The notes beneath the pieces were generated by a model. The model was given only the letters and a program-made list of their open reading frames with translations, was not told the origin of the DNA and did not search any database. The translations under genes and the position numbers were made by a program. Below, one piece after another: positions 40,709 to 49,528 of a DNA stretch of 64,000 nucleotides (positions are counted from its first letter, which is position 1; every line of letters begins with the position of its first letter). The DNA is from Parcubacteria bacterium GBS-2 (GTDB lineage Bacteria; Patescibacteriota; Minisyncoccia; Minisyncoccales; GBS-2), in assembly GCA_001443025.1 (NCBI GenBank), contig LEKP01000004.1:27560-91559 (forward strand), in the 5' to 3' direction.

Positions 40709-41983
40709 ATGCCAAAACCAAAATTTCAAACTCCAAAAGGAATGCACGACATTTTTGGTGAAAATTGGAAGTACTTTGATAAGATTTTCGAGGTAGTTAA
40801 ATCTTTTGCTAAATTTTACAATTTTGAAAGAATTGAGACCCCGGTTTTGGAAGAAGCTGAACTTTTTACAAAAGGAATAGGATTGGCCACAGACATAGTC
40901 CAAAAAGAAATGTTTCTTTTGAAAACAAAAGGAGGCGATTATTTAGCTTTAAGGCCAGAAGGAACTGCCCCGGTTGTGCGAGCTTACATTCAACACGGAA
41001 TGCAAAACCTTCCACAGCCTGTTAAGCTTTGGTATTTTTCTCAATTTTTTAGGTACGAGCATCCCCAAGCTGGAAGATTTAGACAATTTTGGCAATTTGG
41101 ATTTGAGATTTTAGGAAAACAAGCTCCAGCACTAGACACGCAGATCATTTTAATTTTTTACAATATTTTAAAAGAATTAGGCTTTGAAGCCCTGGCTATT
41201 AAAATAAACAGCATCGGCGACAGTTTTTGTCGGCCATACTACAAAAAAACCCTGATTTCTTATTTGAAGCATAGATCTTATGCTTTATGCCCAGATTGCA
41301 AAAGAAGACTGAAAGAGAATCCTTTGAGAATTTTAGATTGCAAAGAGGAAAAATGCAGGCAGATTATTTCTGAAGCCCCTCAGATTTTGAATCATTTATG
41401 CGAAAATTGTAAAAACCATTTAAAGACAGTTTTAGAATTTTTAGACGATCTTCAACTTCCTTATCATTTAGACCCTTATTTAGTCAGAGGATTAGATTAT
41501 TACACAAAAACAGTTTTTGAAATTTCCGAAGAAACTGAAAAAGGAAAAGCAGTTGGAGCATTGGTCGGAGGAGGAAGGTACGACAACTTGGCAAAAATTT
41601 TGGGAGGCCTAGAAATGCCAGGAGTTGGAGGGGCGGGAGGGGTTGAAAGAATTATTGAGTTATTAAAAGAAAAGCGAATTAAAATTTACAAAGAAAAAAA
41701 ACCAAAAATATTTCTTGCTCAAATTGGTGATTTAGCAAAAAGAAAAGCTTTAAAGATAGTAGAAGAATTTAGGAAAGAAAATTTACCAATATACGAATCA
41801 ATCGAGAAAGATTCGCTAAAATCACAGATGAAATTAGCAGATAAACTTGGCGTCAAGTATGTTCTAATTTTAGGCCATCAGGAAGCGTTAAACGAGGAAA
41901 TTTTATTAAGAGATATGGAAACCGGGAAACAAAAGAAAATAAGGTTGAAAAATTTAATAAAAGAGGTTAAAAAATATTTGTAA
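40709..41983 (+). CDS. hisS: Histidyl-tRNA synthetase
   Basis: PKGMHDI, class II motifs LRPEGTAPVVRAY, FRYEHPQAGRFRQFWQFGFE and GGGRYD, plus an anticodon-binding domain. The ATG at 40709 follows the lepB stop and is preferred over the track start at 40679. Confidence 0.95.
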   Translation: MPKPKFQTPKGMHDIFGENWKYFDKIFEVVKSFAKFYNFERIETPVLEEAELFTKGIGLATDIVQKEMFLLKTKGGDYLALRPEGTAPVVRAYIQHGMQNLPQPVKLWYFSQFFRYEHPQAGRFRQFWQFGFEILGKQAPALDTQIILIFYNILKELGFEALAIKINSIGDSFCRPYYKKTLISYLKHRSYALCPDCKRRLKENPLRILDCKEEKCRQIISEAPQILNHLCENCKNHLKTVLEFLDDLQLPYHLDPYLVRGLDYYTKTVFEISEETEKGKAVGALVGGGRYDNLAKILGGLEMPGVGGAGGVERIIELLKEKRIKIYKEKKPKIFLAQIGDLAKRKALKIVEEFRKENLPIYESIEKDSLKSQMKLADKLGVKYVLILGHQEALNEEILLRDMETGKQKKIRLKNLIKEVKKYL

Positions 41984-41984
41984 C

Positions 41985-42206
41985 ATGCCAGTTAAAGTTG
42001 TCAAAAGAGAAAAAGAAACAGTAGCAAGTTTGATTAGAAGGTTTCAAAAAGCAGTTCAAAAAAGCGGAATTTTAGTACGGGCGAGAGAAAAAATGTATCG
42101 AGATAGAAATTTATCTGAGGAAAAGAAAAAAAGAAAGGCGTTAAGGAGGGAGCAGTTGAAAAAGTATTACGAAAAATTGGACAAAATGGGTTTATTAGAA
42201 AAATGA
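41985..42206 (+). CDS. rpsU: 30S ribosomal protein S21
   Basis: MPVKVVKREKETVASLIRRFQKAVQKSGIL..., 73 aa and basic. Confidence 0.9.
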   Translation: MPVKVVKREKETVASLIRRFQKAVQKSGILVRAREKMYRDRNLSEEKKKRKALRREQLKKYYEKLDKMGLLEK

Positions 42207-42706
42207 TCCTGAAAGAAAAAATTGAAAAAGATTTGGCAGAGGCAATAAAGAGTAGAAAAGAAAGAGAAATTTCTGTTTTGAGGTTACTTAAAGACGCAAT
42301 TTTTTTAAAAGAAAAGGAAAAAAGATATAAAATCTTTACTCAGAAAAAGGGAATAAGTGAAAAAGAATTAGAAAAAGAAAGCCAGCTTTCAGATGAAGAA
42401 ATAATTCAAGTTATTTCCTCTGAAATAAAGAAAAGAAAAGAGGCAATTTTGGAATTTGAAAAGGGAAAAAGAAGTGATTTAGTTAAAAAAGAAAGTGAAG
42501 AAATTGAGATTTTGAGGAGGTATTTGCCAGAACAACTTTCGGAAGAAGAGATAAGAAAAATGGCAAAAGAAATAATAGACAAAGTTAAAGCAGGAAATTT
42601 AAAGGACATGGGAAAAGTGATGCAAGAATTAATGCCTAAAGTGAAGGGGAGAGCTGATGGAGCTTTAGTTTCGAAAGTTGTTAGAGAATTATTATCAACA
42701 CAATGA
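42203..42706 (+). CDS. GatB/YqeY domain protein
   Basis: LKEKIEKDLAEAIKSRKEREISVLRLLKDAI and a C-terminal MGKVMQELMPKVKGRADGALVSKVV, matching the YqeY pattern. Confidence 0.85.
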   Translation: MILKEKIEKDLAEAIKSRKEREISVLRLLKDAIFLKEKEKRYKIFTQKKGISEKELEKESQLSDEEIIQVISSEIKKRKEAILEFEKGKRSDLVKKESEEIEILRRYLPEQLSEEEIRKMAKEIIDKVKAGNLKDMGKVMQELMPKVKGRADGALVSKVVRELLSTQ

Positions 42707-43893
42707 AAGACTTAATTTGTGCAATCGATATTGGGAGTTCAAAGATTAGGATTTTAGTCGTGAAAAAGGAAAAAGAAAATTTGGAGGCAATTTTTAAATC
42801 AGAACAAAATTCTGAAGGAGTAAAAAAAGGAGTGATTACTGAGCCTGAAAGAGCATCTAAGATTTTAAAGGAATTAATTTTTTCCGCGACTCAGAATATA
42901 CGAAAAAAAATAAATTCTGCTCTAGTGAATCTTGGTGGTATCCATTTGTTTGCAGTGCCTACTCGAGCCTTAATCTCTGTGTCCAGAGCAGATCAAACAG
43001 TTTCTGAGGAAGACTTGAATAGAGTTTTGCAAGAAGCAAAAATAATTAACGTGGGGCAAAACAAAGAAATTTTTGATTTGTCTGTTAAGGAATTTATCCT
43101 TGATGGAGAGCGAGGGATAAAAGATCCAGTTGGGTTGAAAGGGTCGAGATTAGAAGTTGAAGCTTTAGGTCTTGGCTATTTTTCTCCCTGTTTGGAGAAT
43201 TTAAAAAAAACTCTTTTAAATTCTGGGCTTGAAGTTTTTGAACTAATTCCTGCCCCGATAGCTTGTTCTCTTGCAGTTTTGACCGAGCAACAAAAAAACT
43301 TGGGAGTTTGTCTTTTGGATATTGGAGCTCAAACTACTTCGATTTCAGTTTTTGAAGATGGAAATTTGACTTTCTTTTCGGTTTTACCAATTGGGGCTCA
43401 AGAAATTACTAACAAAATCGCAATTCAGATGCAAATCGATCCGGAGCTGGCAGAGAGATTAAAAGTAGAATTCGGAAGTTGTTATTTTAAGGGTAAGAAT
43501 AAAAGAGAAAAGATTGAATTTGAAGATGAAGACCCTTTAATCTTTTATCCAAGATCTTTAGCAAGAATTATCAGAGAAGGATATTCGGCAATCTTTGATT
43601 CAGTTTTAAAGGAATTAAAAAAGGCCTCAAAAGACAGAAGGTTGCCAGCTGGAATAGTTTTGACAGGAGGAGGAGCAAAAGTACCCAAAATTTTAGAATT
43701 AGCAAAATTGAAATTCAAATTAAATTGCAAAATTGGCAAGCCAAAAGGAATTTTGAATTTAGAAGAAAATCCTTCTCTTTCAACCTTAGTTGGGCTTGTT
43801 TTGAGCTCCTTAGAGTTAGAAGAAGAAAAAGAAACTCAAAAGTTTGGATTTTTTTCGAAAATTAAAAAGTTCCTCAGAATTTTTCTTCCATGA
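42703..43893 (+). CDS. ftsA: Cell division protein FtsA
   Basis: AIDIGSSKIRILV, LLDIGAQTTSISVF, and GIVLTGGGAKVP are actin-fold phosphate motifs with FtsA domain order. Confidence 0.88.
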   Translation: MKDLICAIDIGSSKIRILVVKKEKENLEAIFKSEQNSEGVKKGVITEPERASKILKELIFSATQNIRKKINSALVNLGGIHLFAVPTRALISVSRADQTVSEEDLNRVLQEAKIINVGQNKEIFDLSVKEFILDGERGIKDPVGLKGSRLEVEALGLGYFSPCLENLKKTLLNSGLEVFELIPAPIACSLAVLTEQQKNLGVCLLDIGAQTTSISVFEDGNLTFFSVLPIGAQEITNKIAIQMQIDPELAERLKVEFGSCYFKGKNKREKIEFEDEDPLIFYPRSLARIIREGYSAIFDSVLKELKKASKDRRLPAGIVLTGGGAKVPKILELAKLKFKLNCKIGKPKGILNLEENPSLSTLVGLVLSSLELEEEKETQKFGFFSKIKKFLRIFLP

Positions 43894-44498
43894 TTCCAAT
43901 TTCGGATGAGAGAGAAAGTGGTAAGTTTCCTATTTTAACAATTACTCTAATTTTAATAAACGCGGTCGTTTTTCTTTTTATTTTTTTTAATCTCGATTTT
44001 TTCATTCAAGAATTCGGTTTTATACCAGAGAAAGTTAAAAACGGAGAAAGGCTCTACACTTTTTTATCTTCTCTTTTCATTCATGCAAGTTTTTCACATT
44101 TAATTGGTAATCTTTGGTTTTTATGGATTTTTGGAGATAACGTTGAGGCAAAAATTGGAAGAATTAAATTCTTAATTTTGTACTTTCTTTCAGGCCTTGG
44201 ATCTTTGATTTTATTTTCTTTCACAACTTCAAACAAAACAATTCCAGTGGTTGGAGCTTCTGGAGCTATCTCTGGAATTTTAGGGGCATATTTGGTTTTG
44301 TTTCCAAAAAATAAAATCAAAGCCATAGTGCCATTTTTTTATTTTTATAGAATCGTTTCCATTCCAGCTCTTTTTTATATCGGGATTTGGTTTTTGTATC
44401 AATTTTTATACATGTCTGTTGATCCTTTTGTAGCTTATTGGGGACACATTGGTGGATTTTTAACGGGGCTTTTCCTTATAAAAATTTTTTCAAAATAA
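43890..44498 (+). CDS. Rhomboid-family intramembrane serine protease
   Basis: FIHASFSHLIGNLWFLWIFG, catalytic GASGAISGILGAY, and HIGGFLTG, with 6 TM helices. Confidence 0.88.
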   Translation: MIPISDERESGKFPILTITLILINAVVFLFIFFNLDFFIQEFGFIPEKVKNGERLYTFLSSLFIHASFSHLIGNLWFLWIFGDNVEAKIGRIKFLILYFLSGLGSLILFSFTTSNKTIPVVGASGAISGILGAYLVLFPKNKIKAIVPFFYFYRIVSIPALFYIGIWFLYQFLYMSVDPFVAYWGHIGGFLTGLFLIKIFSK

Positions 44499-44574
44499 AA
44501 AAGCCAAAAGTTACATTTTTGTTGAATTTCAAAATCGATTTTGTAAAGTTTTATACATTAATTAAAATCTTCTA

Positions 44575-46023
44575 ATGACTTTTTCAAAGATTCTTTTTTA
44601 TTTTTGCCTTTCTTTCATCGGAGGAATTTTTATTGCTTCCTTTTTCAAAGTTTCCCTTCCTTTTTCCCTTTCAATTTTAATTTTGGCTTTGTTTATAATT
44701 TCAGTTTTTCCAAAATCTCAAAACCTTTTAGTTTTAGGATTTTGCGTTTTATTTTTTGCTTTTGGAATTTTCAGGTTTCAAAATTATTTTTCAAAAATTC
44801 AAAGTCAAGAAATCAAAAATTTTGTCGGAAAAGAAATTTCAATTTTTGGGACAATTGAAGAGGAACCTGTAATAAGAGAAAAATCGATCGTTTTTCCAGT
44901 AAAAACTGAAATTGGAAAAATCTTAATCAAAGCAAAAAGGTATCCAGAATTTGAATATGGAGAGAAGGTAAAAATTACTGGGATCTTAAAGGAACCAGAG
45001 ACTAAAGATTCATTCAATTGGAAAAATTATTTGCTCAAAGATGGAATTTTGGTTGAGATGGATTTTCCAGAAATTAAGGAAACTGGAGAAAAATTTGGAA
45101 ATCCAATAAAAAGGTTTTCTATATTTTTAAAAAAGAAAATTGAAGAAGCAATAAAACAAAACCTTCCGCCTTTGCATTCTGCACTTTTGAAATCTCTTTT
45201 ATTTGGCGAAGAACAAGATCTTCCTTTTGAATGGAAAGAGAAACTAAACCAAACTGGAGTAAGACACATTGCTGCAGTTTCTGGAATGAACATTACAATA
45301 ATTTCTTCTTTAATTTTAAGTTTTCTTTTATTTTTAGGTCTTTGGCGCCATCATGCTTTTTATCTCTCAATTTTTTTAATTTCCTTTTATGTTTTAATGA
45401 TCGGTGCTCCTTCTTCTGCAATCAGAGCAGCGATTATGGGGATTTTGTTCTTGACAGCCCAGCATTTTGGAAGAATAGCAAGCGGAGAAAGGTCAGTAGT
45501 TTTTTCCGCAACCTTGATGCTCCTTTTCAATCCATTGCTTTTGAGATACGACATTGGCTTTCAGCTTTCATTTTTGGCAATTTTAGGAATAATTTATTTT
45601 TATCAGTTTTTCTTTGAAAAACTCAGAAAATTTCCAAAAACAATCAGAGAAGGGTTATCGTCAACTTTGTCTGCCCAAATTTTTACTTTCCCAATTTTAA
45701 TTTACAACTTTGGTCAAATTTCTTTGATTTCTCCTTTAACCAACCTTTTAATTTTGCCACTCTTACCGGTCATTACAATTTTGGGATTTGTCTTTTCCTT
45801 TTTTGGGACAATCCTTCAACCAATCGGCTCTTTTCTCTCTTTTCCTTCTTGGTTTTTATTAAGTTATCTTTTAAAAGTCGTCGATCTCTTTTCAAAAATT
45901 CCCTTTTCATTTTTGGCTCTTAAAGTCAATTTTCTCTTTCTCTTAGTTTCTTATTCACTCTTGGTTTTCCTTGCTCTTCATTTGAACAAAAAATTTTCCC
46001 AACCTATATTTTTGAGGCAGTAG
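44575..46023 (+). CDS. comEC: ComEC/Rec2-family competence channel (DUF4131 plus Competence domains, no C-terminal metallo-beta-lactamase domain)
   Basis: N-terminal TM helices plus an OB-like segment (ISIFGTIEEEPVIREKSIVFPV). Competence-domain motifs GVRHIAAVSGMNITII and SFLAILGI. The ORF ends after the last TM helices. Confidence 0.8.
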   Translation: MTFSKILFYFCLSFIGGIFIASFFKVSLPFSLSILILALFIISVFPKSQNLLVLGFCVLFFAFGIFRFQNYFSKIQSQEIKNFVGKEISIFGTIEEEPVIREKSIVFPVKTEIGKILIKAKRYPEFEYGEKVKITGILKEPETKDSFNWKNYLLKDGILVEMDFPEIKETGEKFGNPIKRFSIFLKKKIEEAIKQNLPPLHSALLKSLLFGEEQDLPFEWKEKLNQTGVRHIAAVSGMNITIISSLILSFLLFLGLWRHHAFYLSIFLISFYVLMIGAPSSAIRAAIMGILFLTAQHFGRIASGERSVVFSATLMLLFNPLLLRYDIGFQLSFLAILGIIYFYQFFFEKLRKFPKTIREGLSSTLSAQIFTFPILIYNFGQISLISPLTNLLILPLLPVITILGFVFSFFGTILQPIGSFLSFPSWFLLSYLLKVVDLFSKIPFSFLALKVNFLFLLVSYSLLVFLALHLNKKFSQPIFLRQ

Positions 46024-46447
46024 CGATTTTTATGAAAGATTCACTTCTTTTTACTAACATTTAGAAATTTGCTATTATTAAAAGCGGTGAGATGAATGAT
46101 AGGAGGAGAAATGTACGTAGAGATAATTATTAGATTTGTTCAAGAGGGGGGGTCGAAAGAGAGCTGAGAATCGAAGGGATTCTCATTGACCATCATGCAC
46201 GAAATTCTAAACTTCTGAACCAAGGAAGCATCAGCGACAATCTATTGGCTCCTTTGATGATTTTTCTAAATAGGGGGAGATTCTCTTACAAGTTTCTGCT
46301 AAAGATTCAGGAGAGACAAAAATGGATAAAGAAGAAGGTGAAGGTCAATCAGGTATTGGTGACTCTTCGTCCAAAGTCCCTTTTAGTTCCTTAGTTCCCT
46401 CCTTTATTTTTTTCAGCCCATAATTTTTGTGGCCTGAAAAAGCAGAA

Positions 46448-46474
46448 ACACCCCAAAAGGAATGGGGTGTTTTT
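46448..46474 (+). terminator. Rho-independent terminator closing an unannotated ~400-bp unit
   Basis: ACACCCC-aaaaggaat-GGGGTGT followed by TTTT. It overlaps the track's ATG at 46462, which argues for the downstream start at 46513. Confidence 0.6.
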
Positions 46475-46512
46475 GGTTGGGAAAAAAAGTGAAAATAACA
46501 TATAATGAATTA

Positions 46513-47802
46513 ATGAAAAATTTTTGGCTAATTTCAGTCAACATGGGATATGGACATCAAAGGACCGCTTTTCCTTTGAGAAATTTTGCAAAAGATTGGA
46601 TTCAGGCAAACGATTATCAAGGAATTCCAAAGAGAGATAGGGACATTTGGGAATGGAGTAGAAGAGGATATGAATTCGTTTCTCGTTTCAAAAAAGTTCC
46701 GATAATCGGAGAATTTACTTTTTCTGTTTTTGATATTTTCCAAAGAATTTATTATTTTTATCCCAAAAGAGATTTATCTCAACCAAATTTTGCAATAGAA
46801 AGGCAATACTCTCTTTTCAAAAGTGGCTGGGGAAAACACTTGATAGAAAATTTGAAAATAAAAAATGGAAATTTGCCGATCGTTTCAACTTTCTTTACTC
46901 CTGCCTTCATGGCAGAGTATTTTGAATATCCAGGGGAAATTTTTTGTATAGTTTGTGATGCCGATGTTTCAAGATCTTGGGCACCTTTAAAACCAAAGGA
47001 ATCAAAAATAAAATATTTTGTACCAAACGAAAGAGTTTTTGAGAGATTACAACTTTATGGAGTCAAAAAAGAAAACATTTTTTTGACAGGATACCCTCTT
47101 CCAATAGAAAACATCGGATCTGAAAATATGGAAAAATTAAAAGAAGATTTAAAGTTTCGACTTTTGAATTTAGATCCAGAATTTGTTTATTTTGCAAAAT
47201 ACCGAGAATTAGTTCTCTCAAAACTAGGAACTTTGCCAGAAAAATCAGATCATCCATTAACAATTTTGTTTTCGGTTGGGGGAGCGGGAGCTCAAAGAGA
47301 AATCGGAGCAAAAATTTTATGGAGACTAAAAGATCAAATAAGAGAGAAAAAAATAAAAGTGATTTTGTCAGCGGGGATTAAAAAATGGGTCAGGGATTAT
47401 TTTTTAAATTGCATTAAGTATTTGAAAATTGAAAAATTTTTGGGAGAGAGCATTGAGATAATTTTTGAAGAAAAAATCGAAGATTACTTTGAAAAATTCA
47501 ACAAGGCATTGAGAAAAACAGACATTTTATGGACAAAACCATCTGAGCTTTCTTTTTATTCTGCCTTAGGAATTCCGCTCATCATTGCTCCACCAATTGG
47601 TTCTCAAGAGGAATTTAATATGAGGTATCTTTTAAAATCTGGATTTGGGATTTTACAGGAAAACCCGAGTTATTTAGAACAGTGGCTCTTTGATTGGCTA
47701 AAAAAGGGATATTTGGCAGAATCAGCAATGCAGGGATTTGTTGAAGGAGAAAAACTCGGGGTATTTAAAATTTTGGAGATAATCGAGAAATCTTTAAAAT
47801 GA
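46513..47802 (+). CDS. Putative GT-B glycosyltransferase (MGDG-synthase/UgtP-like)
   Basis: N-terminal WLISVNMGYGHQRTAF resembles the G-x-GH motif of GT28/MGDG synthase N-domains. The later FSVGGAGAQ segment fits a GT-B C-domain. The family assignment is tentative. Confidence 0.5.
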   Translation: MKNFWLISVNMGYGHQRTAFPLRNFAKDWIQANDYQGIPKRDRDIWEWSRRGYEFVSRFKKVPIIGEFTFSVFDIFQRIYYFYPKRDLSQPNFAIERQYSLFKSGWGKHLIENLKIKNGNLPIVSTFFTPAFMAEYFEYPGEIFCIVCDADVSRSWAPLKPKESKIKYFVPNERVFERLQLYGVKKENIFLTGYPLPIENIGSENMEKLKEDLKFRLLNLDPEFVYFAKYRELVLSKLGTLPEKSDHPLTILFSVGGAGAQREIGAKILWRLKDQIREKKIKVILSAGIKKWVRDYFLNCIKYLKIEKFLGESIEIIFEEKIEDYFEKFNKALRKTDILWTKPSELSFYSALGIPLIIAPPIGSQEEFNMRYLLKSGFGILQENPSYLEQWLFDWLKKGYLAESAMQGFVEGEKLGVFKILEIIEKSLK

Positions 47803-48797
47803 GAAAAATTTTAAAATATTTTTCCATTTTTCTTTCTTTTTTCATTATTTTTTTCTTTTGTTTTTTCTTCGTGGGGAAGCCAAAACCTGCAGAAAAAATT
47901 GAGTGGGGAGTAGTTTTTTCCCAAAAACACTCTAAACTTTTAGGATTGGACTGGAGAGAAAATTATCTTGCGATTTTGGATGATTTGAAAGTTAAAAATT
48001 TAAAAATCATTGTCCATTGGGATTTGATAGAACCGAAAGAAAATGAATACTTTTTTGAAGATCTCGATTGGCAAATAAAAGAAGCAGAAGAGAAGAATGC
48101 AAAGTTAATTTTGGTGATTGGAATGAAAACAGGAAGATGGCCAGAATGTCACATTCCAGAATGGGTAAAATTCCAAATTCCAAATTCCAAATTCCAAAAT
48201 TATGAAAAATTTCTCTTGGATTACCTAAAAACAGTGATTGAAAGATACAAAAATTCAAAAGCAATTTGGGCATGGCAATTAGAAAACGAGCCATTTTTTC
48301 CTTTTGGAGAATGCCCAAAAATTAAAAAAGATTTAGTAAAGAAAGAGATAGAATTAGTAAGATCTTTAGATTCAAGGCCAATAATTTTCACAGACAGCGG
48401 AGAATTTTCTCTTTGGATAAACGCAGCAAAATTCGGAGATATTGTGGGAACAACTTTACATAGAAAAGTTTATTTCAAGGAAATCAAAAAATATATCACT
48501 TATCCATTTCCCCCTGTTTATTACTGGCGAAAAGCAAAGTTGATTGATTTTTTCTTTGGCAAAAAAGTGATCATCGCAGAACTTCAGGCAGAACCTTGGT
48601 GCAAAAATTTGATTTACAATTGTCCTTTGGAGGAGCAAAAAATTACAATGAATTTTGAACAGTTTAAAAAGAATGTTAATTTTGCAAGAAATACCGGAAT
48701 AGATACAATTTACTTTTGGGGAGTGGAATGGTGGTATTGGATGAAAGAAAAAGGAGAAGATCCAAGGTTTTGGGAAAATGTAAAAACCTTTTTTTAA
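47799..48797 (+). CDS. Membrane-anchored clan GH-A (GH5-like) glycoside hydrolase
   Basis: N-terminal TM helix. WAWQLENEPF (Asn-Glu acid/base motif) and ELQAEPW (candidate nucleophile strand) fit a TIM-barrel pattern. Confidence 0.6.
   Translation: MRKILKYFSIFLSFFIIFFFCFFFVGKPKPAEKIEWGVVFSQKHSKLLGLDWRENYLAILDDLKVKNLKIIVHWDLIEPKENEYFFEDLDWQIKEAEEKNAKLILVIGMKTGRWPECHIPEWVKFQIPNSKFQNYEKFLLDYLKTVIERYKNSKAIWAWQLENEPFFPFGECPKIKKDLVKKEIELVRSLDSRPIIFTDSGEFSLWINAAKFGDIVGTTLHRKVYFKEIKKYITYPFPPVYYWRKAKLIDFFFGKKVIIAELQAEPWCKNLIYNCPLEEQKITMNFEQFKKNVNFARNTGIDTIYFWGVEWWYWMKEKGEDPRFWENVKTFF
48169..48196 (+). repeat. Perfect (AATTCCA)x4 inside the GH5-like gene
   Basis: Four exact tandem copies encoding KFQIPNSKFQ. 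Identical to 25582-25609. Confidence 0.95.
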
Positions 48798-48798
48798 T

Positions 48799-49527
48799 AT
48801 GCCAACTTTATCAATCATCATTCCAACCTTAAATGAAGAGAAATATTTGCCGATTTTGCTTTCTCAAATTAAAAAGCAAAATTTTACTGATTATGAAATC
48901 ATTGTTGCTGATGCTGGATCAAAAGATAAAACCGTAGAAATTGCAAAAAGTTTTGGTTGCAAGATTGTTAAAGGAGGGTTACCAGCAAGAGGAAGAAACG
49001 AAGGAGCGAAAGTGGCAAAAGGAGAGATGTTTTTATTTATGGATGCAGACAATATTTATTTACCAGATGGATTTTTAGAAAAATTAATTTCTGAATTTAA
49101 AAGAAGGAATCTGGGAGTGGCATCCTTTCCAATTTATCCCAAAGGAAATTTTATAGACAAAATTTGCTATTTTTTCTACAACAAATTCGTTGAAATTTTT
49201 CAAAGATGGACCGCCTTTGCCACAAATTCCGTATTAATAAAGAGAGAGATCTTTGAGCGAATTGGAGGATTTGATGAAGAAATTTTAATTGGAGAAGACC
49301 ATGATTTAGCAAAAAGAGCCTCAAAAATTTCAAAATTTGGATTTATAAAAACAGAACCAGTTTTAACCTCTCCAAGAAGGTTTGAAATCGAGGGAAGGCT
49401 GAAAACTTATGGGAAATACTTATTAGCCGGTCTTTACATGCTTTTTTTTGGACCAGTCAAAAAGAAAATTTTTGAATACAGGTTCAACGATTTGAAAAAC
49501 TCAAAGAATAAAATAAAATCAAATTAG
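48799..49527 (+). CDS. Family 2 glycosyltransferase
   Basis: LSIIIPTLNEEKYLP, IIVADAGSKD, and FMDADN (DxD). Confidence 0.85.
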   Translation: MPTLSIIIPTLNEEKYLPILLSQIKKQNFTDYEIIVADAGSKDKTVEIAKSFGCKIVKGGLPARGRNEGAKVAKGEMFLFMDADNIYLPDGFLEKLISEFKRRNLGVASFPIYPKGNFIDKICYFFYNKFVEIFQRWTAFATNSVLIKREIFERIGGFDEEILIGEDHDLAKRASKISKFGFIKTEPVLTSPRRFEIEGRLKTYGKYLLAGLYMLFFGPVKKKIFEYRFNDLKNSKNKIKSN

Positions 49528-49528
49528 G

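Noticed and set aside
46140-46260. TPP riboswitch, suggested by GCUGAGA and CUGAACC...CAGCG strings.
   Set aside because: Only the CUGAGA hexamer and fragments match. The ACCUGAUCUGGAUAAUGCCAGCG-type pyrophosphate-sensor helix and the P1/P2 pairing are absent, and no thiamine gene lies downstream.
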